Assembly: GCA_965277805.1 (NCBI GenBank)
Contig: OZ255842.1
Coordinates: forward strand, 3,584,001-3,648,000
Source: Candidatus Lustribacter sp.
GTDB taxonomy: Bacteria; Vulcanimicrobiota; Vulcanimicrobiia; Vulcanimicrobiales; Vulcanimicrobiaceae
Length of the DNA stretch: 64,000 bases
Reading direction: 5' to 3'
Below are positions 37,396-46,456 of the stretch, one piece after another. Below the pieces are notes generated by a model, which saw nothing but the letters and a program-made list of their open reading frames with translations, was not told where the DNA came from and made no database searches. The position numbers and the translations under genes are program-made. Within the stretch, counting starts at the first letter, position 1; every line of letters starts with the position of its first letter.

Positions 37396-38408
37396 GACGC
37401 GACGGCGAATTCGCGCGGCGGCGCTTCGAGCGTGAGGATCGTCTCGGCCACGATGCGCAGCGTCTCGGCCGCGGTTTCCGTACGCATCAAGCGTTCGCGC
37501 AGCGCGCTCGCGCCGGGGAACCCTTTGAGGTAGTAGCCCAAGTGCTTGCGCATCTGCGGCACCGCGCGCGCTTCGCCCCACTCCTCGACCATCGCGTGAT
37601 AGTGGCGCACGGCAAAACGCAGTCGCTCCGGCGCGTTCGGAATGGCGTCGGGCTCGCGGCCTTCCATCAGCGCGCGCAGTTGGCCGACGAGCCAAGGATT
37701 GCCGAGCGTCGCACGGCCGAGCATCACGCCGTCGACGCCGCTCGCGCGCATCTTCGCAAACGCATCGCGCGCATCGGCGAGATCGCCGTTGCCGATGACC
37801 GGAATGTCGACCGCGCGTTTGAGCGCCGCAATGTGGTCCCAATCGGCCGAGCCTTTGTAGAACTGCTTCGCGGTACGCGCGTGCAGCGTCACGGCTTTGA
37901 TGCCGACGGCTTGCGCGCGCTTCGCGACTTCGACGTAAACGAGATCCGTCTCGCTCCAGCCCAGGCGCATCTTCATCGTGACCGGACAATCGACGGCCCC
38001 GACGACCGCACGCATGATCGCCTCGCAGCGGTCGACGTCGCGCAAGCAAGCACTGCCGCCTTCGGTCTTCGTCACCTTCGGCGCCGGGCAGCCGAAGTTG
38101 ATGTCGACGATGTCGGCGCCGCACTCGCGCACGAGCTTCGCGGCCTGCGTCATGATCGAGGGATCGTTCCCCCACAACTGCGTCGAGACAGGACGCTCTA
38201 CGCCGTGCTGGTCGATCATGTCCATCGTGCGTTCGTTCTTGTACTGCAGCGCGTTCGACGAGACGAATTCCGTGACGGTCAAACCGAAGCCGAACGGCTT
38301 GTAGAGGGCGCGCAGCGTCCGGTTCGTCACCCCGGACATCGGGGCAAGAACGATGGGTGGCCAGATGCTGATCGAGCCGATCTCGAGCGGCTTTACGGTG
38401 GGCGTCAC
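37392..38408 (-). CDS. dusB: tRNA-dihydrouridine synthase (DusB-like)
   Basis: GTG at 38408; LAPMSGVT, DINFGCP, VTMKMRLGW, LHART, IPVIGNGD, GVMLGR. Confidence 0.9.
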   Translation of the reverse strand: MTPTVKPLEIGSISIWPPIVLAPMSGVTNRTLRALYKPFGFGLTVTEFVSSNALQYKNERTMDMIDQHGVERPVSTQLWGNDPSIMTQAAKLVRECGADIVDINFGCPAPKVTKTEGGSACLRDVDRCEAIMRAVVGAVDCPVTMKMRLGWSETDLVYVEVAKRAQAVGIKAVTLHARTAKQFYKGSADWDHIAALKRAVDIPVIGNGDLADARDAFAKMRASGVDGVMLGRATLGNPWLVGQLRALMEGREPDAIPNAPERLRFAVRHYHAMVEEWGEARAVPQMRKHLGYYLKGFPGASALRERLMRTETAAETLRIVAETILTLEAPPREFAVAS

Positions 38409-38448
38409 AAGAGCGGATTGTATCACACCGAGGGCGTACGGCGCGAAC

Positions 38449-39090
38449 GTGAGCGATTCGCCGAATCCGCCGACCCTGCTGAGCCTCATCGTGGCGTTCG
38501 CGAACATCGGACTCACCAGCGTCGGCGGCGCCGGCGGCCCCCTGCGCTACGTCGTCGTCAAGCAGCGCCGCTGGCTCTCCGAAGGCGCGCTGGCCGAACT
38601 TTTCGGCGTCGCGCAGGCACTGCCGGGCGCGACGGCCGTCAACATCGCGGTGATGTTCAGCGACCGTGCAGTGGGCCCGCTCGGTCCGCTCGCAGCGCTC
38701 TTCGGCCTGATCGTTCCCTCGCTGATCATCGCGATCGCCCTGGCCGGCATTGCCACGCAACTCGCGGCGGTCAACTACCGTTTCGCGGCAGCCGAAGTCG
38801 GCGTGACCGCGGCCGTCGCCGGCATCTTTATCTCCAACGGCTTCCGCGTCATGGGTCAGCTGTGGAGCGAAACGCCCGACCTCCAGCTCGTGTGGCGTAG
38901 CTCCCGCGTCGCGATCAGCGCGCTCGGCATCGTCATGGTCGCCGGTTTCCACATCTTCATCCCGTTGACGATGGTGGTACTCGTAACGCTCAGCCTGCTG
39001 CTGGAATGGCGCATCCCCCGTAATCCCGAGCTTGTCGAGGGACCGCCACCCGTCGACCCCATCGACCCGATCGACGAGAAGCAGTCATGA
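38449..39090 (+). CDS. Short-chain chromate transporter (ChrA family), subunit 1
   Basis: GTG at 38449; IGLTSVGG, WLSE, AQALPGA. Confidence 0.85.
   Translation: MSDSPNPPTLLSLIVAFANIGLTSVGGAGGPLRYVVVKQRRWLSEGALAELFGVAQALPGATAVNIAVMFSDRAVGPLGPLAALFGLIVPSLIIAIALAGIATQLAAVNYRFAAAEVGVTAAVAGIFISNGFRVMGQLWSETPDLQLVWRSSRVAISALGIVMVAGFHIFIPLTMVVLVTLSLLLEWRIPRNPELVEGPPPVDPIDPIDEKQS
39019..39049 (-). repeat. REP-like repeat copy inside the chrA-1 reading frame
   Basis: CGTAATCCCGAGCTTGTCGAGGGACCGCCAC, translated as RNPELVEGPP. Confidence 0.88.
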
Positions 39091-39617
39091 TCGGTGAGCT
39101 ACAGCAACTCTGGACGCTAGCGCTGCACTTCGCGCTGATCTCGTTCTTCGCAGTCGGCGGCGGCGTCAGCATGCTCGTCCCGCAGATGCATGCGGAGTTC
39201 GTTCAACAATTCCACTGGCTCAGCGAACGCTCGTTCCTCGAATTGCTCGCGGTCGCGCAAGCCGCGCCGGGCCCGAACTTCCTCTTGGTGCCGCTGATCG
39301 GCTATCGCGTCGCCGGCTGGCCCGGCGCCATCGTCAGCATCACCGGGTTCCTGATTTTCCCGGTCATCATCTCGTTTTGCGTCGGACGCATCTTACATCA
39401 GCACGAAAACGAATGGATCGTCCGCTTCCGCCGCGGCTTCCGCCCCGTCACCGGCGGTCTCTGGATCGCCTCGGGCCTCGTCGTCGCCGCTACCGTCGAC
39501 CACAGCCCCGTCCCCATCATCGTCACCGTCGCCGTCGCCATCATCTCGGTCATCATCGACATCAGCCCGATCTGGTGGTGCATCATCGCCGGCGTCGCCG
39601 GCTACGCACTCGCATAA
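39087..39617 (+). CDS. Short-chain chromate transporter (ChrA family), subunit 2
   Basis: FFAVGGG, HWLSERSF, AQAAPGPN, GYRVAGWPGA. Confidence 0.88.
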   Translation: MIGELQQLWTLALHFALISFFAVGGGVSMLVPQMHAEFVQQFHWLSERSFLELLAVAQAAPGPNFLLVPLIGYRVAGWPGAIVSITGFLIFPVIISFCVGRILHQHENEWIVRFRRGFRPVTGGLWIASGLVVAATVDHSPVPIIVTVAVAIISVIIDISPIWWCIIAGVAGYALA

Positions 39618-40118
39618 GTGTTTGATTATCAGCCGCACCTGAGCGGTGAATTGCTGACGATGCGTCCCGTGACGCAGGCGGACTACAAGGCGCTCTCGCG
39701 GCTCGGCCACGACCCGGGTGTCTGGGAACTGCATCCGGAGAGCGACCGCTATCAAGAACCGCGCTTCGCTGAATACTTCGCCGAGGGCTTAGCATCGGGC
39801 GGCGCACTCGTCGCCGTCACCAAGGAGACGGGCGCCATCGCCGGCTGGTCGCGCTTCTCGAGCGACAATGTTGGGCCGGACGAAATCGAGATCGGCTGGA
39901 CGTTCCTCGGCCGCGCCTACTGGGGCGGCGCCTACAACCGCGACATGAAGCGCATGATGCTCGCCCACGCGTTCCGCTACGTCAACCGCGTGATCTTCCG
40001 CATCGGCCCCACGAACTGGCGCTCCCGCCGCGCCGTAGAAAAACTCGGCGCCATCCTCATCAAACAAACGGAATCACGAGTCATTTATGCACTGACTGCA
40101 GCCCTAAATTGTCATTAG
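39618..40118 (+). CDS. GNAT (RimJ/RimL-like) acetyltransferase
   Basis: EIGWTFLGRAYWGG, NWRSRRAVEKLGA. Confidence 0.85.
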   Translation: MFDYQPHLSGELLTMRPVTQADYKALSRLGHDPGVWELHPESDRYQEPRFAEYFAEGLASGGALVAVTKETGAIAGWSRFSSDNVGPDEIEIGWTFLGRAYWGGAYNRDMKRMMLAHAFRYVNRVIFRIGPTNWRSRRAVEKLGAILIKQTESRVIYALTAALNCH

Positions 40119-40131
40119 TTTGTGTTTAGAT

Positions 40132-40177
40132 TGTCATTCCGAGCAGCGCCGTAGGCGCGTCGACGAGGAACGCGCCA
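40132..40177 (-). repeat. Related REP-like element (TGTCATTCCGAGC subfamily)
   Basis: TGTCATTCCGAGCAGCGCCGTAGGCGCGTCGACGAGGAACGCGCCAC shares both ends with the 31-bp repeat. Confidence 0.65.
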
Positions 40178-40254
40178 CGATCTATAATCTCGAGTGCGAT
40201 GCGCGAAGGCGCGAGCAGTGGACAACTCTTCTGTTTTTTTACTCCACTGCTAAA

Positions 40255-41199
40255 CTATGCGAAGCCGGAGGCGATTATTTCTGAGGCCATGACTGGGCGT
40301 TCGATGACTTTGTAGCGCGCTGCCATGTCCAGCAAAGGTTGGATGTAGGCGGGGTTTAGGGATGTGGAGAGTGGGTTGCGCTGCATGGTGTGGACGACGG
40401 CCGGGTCGACTTTGGTGATGCCGGCTTCAACGGTTGCGGACTCGGCTTTGTGGGTGTTGGCCCATTTGCCGGCTTGGTAGAAGGCGGATGCGAGCGAGTG
40501 CGCGAGGTCGGTGTTGGCGGCGATCCAATCGCGGCGCGCAAACCAGCCGAAGATGTAGAACAGTTTTGCGACCGTGTCGAACGGCACGCCGATCGGACGG
40601 ATCGCGTCTTTGTTTTCCGTGAGGAACGGCTCGCCGATCAGCGCCGCATCGACCGTGCCGCGGGTCAGTCCCGGCGTCATCTCGGGGAAGTGGAGCTCGA
40701 AAAACTTTACCTGCGACGCATCCGCGCCGTTCTTCGTGAGCCATTCCCGCGTCGTGATCTCCATCGTCGCGTGCAGGCTGATGATCGCGACGGTCTTGCC
40801 TTCGAGATCCTTGGCGGTCTTGATCGGGCTGTTCTTGGCGACGTTCAGCACCAGGGTCGGTGCATCGCGCGAGGAGAGCGGGCCTCCGGCAAAGTATGCG
40901 AACGGCAAGCCTTTCACGTACGCTTGCGCGATCGCCGTCGGGTCGACCATGCCGATGTCGATCGCGCCGGCCGCCAGCGCTTCGGCGTAGGCGCCCGGGT
41001 TGGCGGCGTGCACGATCTCGTAGTCGATGTTCAGCTTCTTGAACAACCCGAGGTTCTCGGCGTAGTACGGCTGCATGAACGCATCGTCGATGCCCGCACC
41101 GATACGCACGTGCCGGTTCGTTTGCGCGCGGGCGGGAAACGCCGTAAAGGCGAGCGGCGCAGCAGCCGCGAGCCCGAGCGCGTGGCGGCGCGAGATCAT
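40255..41199 (-). CDS. SsuA/THI5-like substrate-binding protein with a Tat-type signal
   Basis: ATG at 41199; SRRHAL; YAENLGLFKK, IKTAKDLEGKTVA, GTVDAALIGEPF. Confidence 0.85.
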   Translation of the reverse strand: MISRRHALGLAAAAPLAFTAFPARAQTNRHVRIGAGIDDAFMQPYYAENLGLFKKLNIDYEIVHAANPGAYAEALAAGAIDIGMVDPTAIAQAYVKGLPFAYFAGGPLSSRDAPTLVLNVAKNSPIKTAKDLEGKTVAIISLHATMEITTREWLTKNGADASQVKFFELHFPEMTPGLTRGTVDAALIGEPFLTENKDAIRPIGVPFDTVAKLFYIFGWFARRDWIAANTDLAHSLASAFYQAGKWANTHKAESATVEAGITKVDPAVVHTMQRNPLSTSLNPAYIQPLLDMAARYKVIERPVMASEIIASGFA

Positions 41200-42473
41200 C
41201 GCGGCACCAGCGTCTTCGTCGCGTCGCGCCAACCCGTCTTGTAGTCGACGCTGTCGGGGATGATCGCCGAGATGACGGCGATATCGCTCATGTCGTTGTC
41301 GGCCTCGCTGCGCACGACGTGCGGCGGCGTTTCGCCCTTCTGCACGCCGCGAATCGCATCGATGATGAGGCGGCGCGCGGTGGTAATGCAGACGTCGCTT
41401 GTGGCCAGATGCTCGCGCGTGCGGTCGTGAATCGGGCCCGGCGATTCGGTCGCGAAGGCGTCTTGCGCGGGAAAGTACGGCCCCATGCCGCTGAACGTCT
41501 TGGTCTTCATCTCATCGCGATCTTGGAGATAGCGATTCGCGGCGTTGCGCACGAGGAAGCCGTCGGGACGGATTTCGCCCGCCATCGTGGCTTCGCTGAA
41601 CTCTTTGTTCGGCGCGTGGTGGCGGTTGAAGACGTAGTCGATGCGCATGTGCGTTACGTCGTCCACCGGCACGTGCCAGTGCGCGCTGTAGCCCTCGCCG
41701 ATGCGGCCCTCGTTGCCGATGATCGCGGCCATGTGCGGCAAGATGTAGTTCGTGATGCGAAGGTAGCGCTTGTCGGGCCCGGCGCGCCGCACCGAGAAGT
41801 TGCGCATCCCGTAGTGCGTCTTCTCGACCTCGAGTTTCGGCGCCGAATCGACCTTGTAGAGCTGATCGGCCGGCACGCTGCCGCCCGGAACGGGCCGCGT
41901 GTCGACCTTCCCGATCGGCACGTGCAGATAGGAGAGATGCGAGGGATCGATCTCGCCTTCGAGCGACTGCAGCCAGTTGCAGTTAAGGAACGTGCGGGTG
42001 AGCAGCCGGTGCTCCTCGCCGTAGCTGAAGAACTCGTAGTTGGGCAAGAGCGGCGGATCGTCCGTGCCCAAATACGCGAAGATCAGGCCGCCGCGCTCTT
42101 CGCACGGATAGGCGAGATGGCGCACTTTGTCTTTGTACGTGCTCTCGGGCGGCTCGGCCGGCATCTCGAGCACGCGGCCCGCGATGTCGTAGAGCCAACC
42201 GTGGTAGAGACAGCGCAAACCGCCGTTTTCGACGCGCCCGTAGCTCAGATCGGTGCAGCGATGCGCACACAACAGGCCGAGCAACCCCGCCCGGCCGGCA
42301 TCGTCGCGGAAGAGCACCAGATCCTCGCTGAGGATGCGGACCGGTTTGGGGGCGCCGCCGGGCGGCAGTTCCGATGTGAGCGCGATCGGATGCCAGTACT
42401 TGCGCATGAACGCGCCGCCCGGCGTGCCGGGGCCGGTCTGCGTGACGAGATCGTTTTCTTCTTTGGTCAGCAT
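41196..42473 (-). CDS. Rieske non-heme iron oxygenase, phthalate 4,5-dioxygenase-like
   Basis: MLTKEENDLVTQTGPGTPGG, CAHR...CLYHGW, CNWLQSLEGEIDPSHLSYLH, QDAFATES, REHLATSD. Confidence 0.9.
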   Translation of the reverse strand: MLTKEENDLVTQTGPGTPGGAFMRKYWHPIALTSELPPGGAPKPVRILSEDLVLFRDDAGRAGLLGLLCAHRCTDLSYGRVENGGLRCLYHGWLYDIAGRVLEMPAEPPESTYKDKVRHLAYPCEERGGLIFAYLGTDDPPLLPNYEFFSYGEEHRLLTRTFLNCNWLQSLEGEIDPSHLSYLHVPIGKVDTRPVPGGSVPADQLYKVDSAPKLEVEKTHYGMRNFSVRRAGPDKRYLRITNYILPHMAAIIGNEGRIGEGYSAHWHVPVDDVTHMRIDYVFNRHHAPNKEFSEATMAGEIRPDGFLVRNAANRYLQDRDEMKTKTFSGMGPYFPAQDAFATESPGPIHDRTREHLATSDVCITTARRLIIDAIRGVQKGETPPHVVRSEADNDMSDIAVISAIIPDSVDYKTGWRDATKTLVPR

Positions 42474-42474
42474 G

Positions 42475-43587
42475 TTACACGGCCGCCGCGGCGAGCATGG
42501 CGCGCGATTTCGCGATGCGCGGGAACATGCGCAGCGGGTTGTCGTGCACGATCGCGATCTTGTCTTCGGTGGTGAGCCAGTCGTAGCTGTCAATCAGCGC
42601 CAGCACGTCGTCGGCCGCGGCCTGCGTTTCGGGATTGAAGATATCCGAGCCGCTGCCGGGGACCTCGGTGCCGAACACCATCCGGTTGACGCCGCGCTGC
42701 TTGATCACCGCGCCGAGGAAGTGCGGATCGTAACAGCACGTATCGAAGAACAGGTTGTTCGTGACGTCGACTTTCTTCTTTTTGGGCGCCGCCTTTTTCG
42801 CGATGCCGACGCTGCCGCCGGTCTCTTCACCGCTATCGGTCGCGATCGTGTCTTCGCCGTGCGACTGCTTGACGTAGTCGACCGGTTTGCCTTTGTAGAG
42901 GAAACGGTTGAGCGCGCCGCCGCAGTGGCAGATCACGATGCGCAGCTTCGGATAGCGCGCAAACACGTCGCTCTGCTCGAGCAAGAGCGTCGCGAGCCAC
43001 TCTTCCTTGACGTTGTTGTATTGATAGGAGTGCGGCAGAATCTCGAAGCGCGGGTCTTTCGAGATCGAGGGATGCACGACCAGCGTCATGTCGAGTGCTT
43101 CGGCGCTTTCATACAGCGCGAACCAGTACGGATCGTTCATGCCGGGCGTGAGGCCGTCGGCGCCGGGATCGGGGTTGACCGTTGCGCCGACGAAGCCCAT
43201 GTTCGCGCAGCGTTCGAGTTCTTCGACACAGTTGTCGCTATCGCGGTCGCGGCTCTGCGGCAGCTGCGCGATGCCGACGAAGCGGTCGCCCCAGATCTCG
43301 CACTGCGAATTGATGATGTCGTTGGTGACGCGGGTCCACGGCTCCACCAGATACGGGCTCTCCCAGTGCATCATCGCAACCGGACGCGGGGAGATCATCT
43401 GCACGTCGATGTTGTGCGAATCGAGCATCCGCAAATGTCGGTCGATCGGCCCCTTCATCTGCTGCTCGGAGAGCATCAGTTCGTCTCCCGGCGTGCGCAG
43501 TGCGATCAAGTTGTACGCATATGCGCGAAACTGCGGCGGCGTCGACATATGGCCGTGGCAGTCGATGACTTTCTTGCCGTGAAACAT
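42475..43587 (-). CDS. Amidohydrolase_2-family hydratase/decarboxylase (LigJ-like)
   Basis: IDCHGH, QMISPRP, GIAQLPQ, VNPDPG, ICHCGG, FFDTC, FGTEVPG. Confidence 0.8.
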   Translation of the reverse strand: MFHGKKVIDCHGHMSTPPQFRAYAYNLIALRTPGDELMLSEQQMKGPIDRHLRMLDSHNIDVQMISPRPVAMMHWESPYLVEPWTRVTNDIINSQCEIWGDRFVGIAQLPQSRDRDSDNCVEELERCANMGFVGATVNPDPGADGLTPGMNDPYWFALYESAEALDMTLVVHPSISKDPRFEILPHSYQYNNVKEEWLATLLLEQSDVFARYPKLRIVICHCGGALNRFLYKGKPVDYVKQSHGEDTIATDSGEETGGSVGIAKKAAPKKKKVDVTNNLFFDTCCYDPHFLGAVIKQRGVNRMVFGTEVPGSGSDIFNPETQAAADDVLALIDSYDWLTTEDKIAIVHDNPLRMFPRIAKSRAMLAAAAV

Positions 43588-43600
43588 GACGGGAGTCTCC

Positions 43601-44365
43601 TCAAAGTGTTAGGTAATGAGCGCGCAGTCCATAGAGCACGAGATGGGGTTCGACGCGTTCGATGACCGGGGTTTCTCCGCCGATCACCGCCGCAAGACCC
43701 CCTGACGCGATAACGCGGGCATTGGCGCCGATCTCGGCACGGATGCGGGCGACGATCGCCTCGGCGGCACCGATCGCGCCGTACACGATGCCGGCTTGAA
43801 TCGAGGTGACCGTGTCGCGGCCCACGACGATCCCCGGGGCGTGGAGCGCCACCTGCGGCAGCTTCGCGGTGCGTCCGACCAGGGCGTCGAGCGACACTTG
43901 CAGCCCGGGCGCGATCGCGACGCCGGCGTAGCCGCCTTCGGCATCGATCACGCCGTAGGTCGTCGCTGTCCCGAAGTTGATCGCAATCGCAGGCGCGCCG
44001 AGCAGCTCGCGCGCGGCGATCGCGGCGGCGATCAAGTCGGCGCCGACGTCCGCCGGGCGGTCGGTGTGGATCGGCATGATCGTTTGCTTGGCGGCCGTGA
44101 ACGCGATCGGCCGCACGCCGAAGTACTTCTCGCAGCCCTCGAACAGCGGCCGGTCGACGATCGGCACCACCGAAGCGACGACGATCGCCGTCACGTCGCG
44201 GATCGGGAAGTGCGCGGCCGAGAAGAACGAGGAGAACAGGATCCCGTACTCATCCGCGGTGCGGCGCGGCGCGGTCGTGATGCGCCACGTGCCGGCGATC
44301 GCGCCCGAATCGTCGAACGCGCCGAGCTTGGTTTCGGTATTGCCGACGTCGATGACCAGCAGCAT
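43601..44365 (-). CDS. coaX: Type III pantothenate kinase
   Basis: MLLVIDVGNT, SVVP, VGADL, NFGTATT, IAPG, TAKLP. Confidence 0.93.
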   Translation of the reverse strand: MLLVIDVGNTETKLGAFDDSGAIAGTWRITTAPRRTADEYGILFSSFFSAAHFPIRDVTAIVVASVVPIVDRPLFEGCEKYFGVRPIAFTAAKQTIMPIHTDRPADVGADLIAAAIAARELLGAPAIAINFGTATTYGVIDAEGGYAGVAIAPGLQVSLDALVGRTAKLPQVALHAPGIVVGRDTVTSIQAGIVYGAIGAAEAIVARIRAEIGANARVIASGGLAAVIGGETPVIERVEPHLVLYGLRAHYLTL

Positions 44366-44367
44366 CG

Positions 44368-45561
44368 TCAGTTACGCGCTTCGCGGCGGATGGCGACGAT
44401 CGCGTCCCACAAGCCGGCCGCCAGCACGCGCTTCGACGCCGTCGGCAACGCGCGCCGGCCGGAGTCGCCCCACAGCACGACGAGCGAGCTTTCGCCCGGA
44501 CCGAACCCGCGTTCGCCCGCGACGTCGTTGACCGCGATCGCATCGAGGTGCTTGCGCACGAGCTTCTCGCGTGCGTTCGCTTCGTGCGCGTCCGTTTCGG
44601 CGGCAAAGCCCACCAGGAACATCCCGTTCTTGCGCTCGCCGAGCGCGGCAAGAATATCCGGATTGCGCTCGAGCCGCAACGGCGGCGCATCGTCCGTTTT
44701 TTTCACCTTTGACGCATGCGTGTCCGCCGGGCGCCAGTCGGCGACGGCGGCGGTGGCGATCGCGATCGTCGCGCCGCCCGCCCGGGCCAGCGTCGCCGTC
44801 TCCATCTCGCGCGCGGTCGTCACGCGTTCCACGAGCGCACCGCCGGGCGGTGTCAGCGACGTCGGCCCGAGCACGAGGTCGACCGTCGCACCGCGCGCCA
44901 GCGCTTCGCGCGCCAGCTCGATTCCCATCGTGCCGGTCGATGCGTTGGATAGAAAGCGCACGGGATCGATCGGCTCGCGCGTCGGTCCGGCGGTGATCAG
45001 CACGCGCTCGCCGTTGAGGTCGTGCGTACGGGCCAGCACCGCTTCGATCGCGGCGACAATGGCGTCTTCATTCGCGAGGCGGCCCGCGCCGCTCTCGCGC
45101 TCGGCGAGGAACCCGCTCTCGGGCGCAACGATCGTCACGCCGCGAGCTTCGAGCGTGCGCAGGTTTTCCATCGTCGCCGGATGTTCGAGCATCGCCGTGT
45201 TCATCGCCGGCGCGACGATGAGCGGAATGCGCGCCGCGAGCGCGGCGTTGGTGAGCAAATCGTCGGCGATGCCCTGCGCGAGTTTCGCGATCGCGTTTGC
45301 GGTCGCGGGGACGATCGCAAACACGTCCGCTTCGCGCACGAGCGCAATGTGCGGGATTTCTTCCGTGCGTTCCCACATCGACGTCCACACCTTGCGCCGC
45401 GCGAGCGCCGCGAACGTCGCCGCGCCGATGAAATGCTGCGCTTCCGCGGTGAGGATGACGTCGAGGTCCACGCCGCGCTGCACGAGCCGGCTCGCTAGCG
45501 CGGCAGCCTTGTAGGCGGCGATTCCGCCGCACACTCCGAGCAGCACCCGGCGTCCGTTCAC
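44368..45561 (-). CDS. coaBC: Bifunctional phosphopantothenoylcysteine decarboxylase/synthase
   Basis: GTG at 45561; LGVCGGIAAYKA, PATAN, PAMNTAM, TAGPTREPIDPVRFLSNASTGTMG, VGFAAET. Confidence 0.95.
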   Translation of the reverse strand: MNGRRVLLGVCGGIAAYKAAALASRLVQRGVDLDVILTAEAQHFIGAATFAALARRKVWTSMWERTEEIPHIALVREADVFAIVPATANAIAKLAQGIADDLLTNAALAARIPLIVAPAMNTAMLEHPATMENLRTLEARGVTIVAPESGFLAERESGAGRLANEDAIVAAIEAVLARTHDLNGERVLITAGPTREPIDPVRFLSNASTGTMGIELAREALARGATVDLVLGPTSLTPPGGALVERVTTAREMETATLARAGGATIAIATAAVADWRPADTHASKVKKTDDAPPLRLERNPDILAALGERKNGMFLVGFAAETDAHEANAREKLVRKHLDAIAVNDVAGERGFGPGESSLVVLWGDSGRRALPTASKRVLAAGLWDAIVAIRREARN

Positions 45562-46454
45562 GAAGAAACGCTTTCGTGCAGCACGGCGTTCGTCGGCACC
45601 GCCGGAACAACGAGCTCGACATTGTCGATCAACCGCGTCGAGCCGAGCCAGGCACTGCCGATGGCAAGAAGGCGGCTGTCCGGCCCACCTGTGACATGCG
45701 CGATGTCGTTCACTCCTTCGAACGTAATCTGGTCGACGACATCGAGGTAGGCTTCGCGTAGGGGGGCGGCGATTTGCGCGCGGCCGAACGCGACGATGCG
45801 ATCGCGGTTCGTTTCGCCGCGCGTTACGGCGTCGGCCATCGCTTGCAGTGCGAGATAGAGTCCGGGCGCAGCCGCGCGTTCGGGCGGGCGAAGATAAGCA
45901 TTGCGGCTCGAGAGCGCAAGCCCGTCCGCGTCGCGCACCGTCGGTACCACAACGATCTCGGTCGGAATGCAGAGATCGCGCACGATCTGCCGCAGCACCG
46001 CGACCTGTTGCGCGTCCTTCGCGCCGAAGTACACGCGCTCGGCGCGCGCGATCGCGAAAAGCTTCATGCACACCGTGGCGACGCCGCGGAAGTGTCCAGG
46101 CCGCAACGCGCCTTCGAAACGCGTCGCGATCGCGCCGGGGTCGACGGCCGTATCGAAACCGGGCGGATACATTTCCTCGACGCTCGGCGCGAACAGCAGA
46201 TCGACGCCGGCCGCTTCGAGCTGGCGCGCATCGTCGGCAAACGCGCGAGGATAGCGCGAGAAGTCTTCCGTCGGCCCGAACTGCAGCGGGTTGACGAAGA
46301 GCGACGCCATCACGGAGGCGTTCTCGCGACGCGCTTGCGCCACCAGCGCCAGATGACCGGCGTGCAGGGCGCCCATCGTCGCGACGAGCGCCAGGGGCCG
46401 GGGCAAGCCGGCCGCCGCCTGCGCCGCTTCCGCGGCAGTCCGAAGGGTCTCCAT
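45558..46454 (-). CDS. panC: Pantoate--beta-alanine ligase
   Basis: TMGALHAGH, FVNPLQF, RPGHFRGV, FGAKDAQQ, DGLALSSRN, RLIDN. Confidence 0.96.
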   Translation of the reverse strand: METLRTAAEAAQAAAGLPRPLALVATMGALHAGHLALVAQARRENASVMASLFVNPLQFGPTEDFSRYPRAFADDARQLEAAGVDLLFAPSVEEMYPPGFDTAVDPGAIATRFEGALRPGHFRGVATVCMKLFAIARAERVYFGAKDAQQVAVLRQIVRDLCIPTEIVVVPTVRDADGLALSSRNAYLRPPERAAAPGLYLALQAMADAVTRGETNRDRIVAFGRAQIAAPLREAYLDVVDQITFEGVNDIAHVTGGPDSRLLAIGSAWLGSTRLIDNVELVVPAVPTNAVLHESVSS

Positions 46455-46456
46455 GT

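Noticed and set aside
36121-38952. 943-aa ORF as a giant fusion protein
   Set aside because: Only the part from the GTG at 37395 looks like an aminotransferase; the upstream part is an off-frame shadow of dus and antisense chrA.
40214-40251. AGCAGTGGA...TCCACTGCT inverted repeat as an sRNA or mobile end
   Set aside because: It has 9-bp arms and a 20-nt loop between convergent genes; most simply a terminator-like structure, with no second copy.
19549-45514. Long antisense or alternative-frame ORFs (e.g. 19549-21078, 21643-23007, 23469-24869, 31107-33278, 37542-38900, 43796-45514)
   Set aside because: These are expected in high-GC DNA; they overlap clearly recognisable genes, have Arg/Ala-skewed composition and lack motifs.
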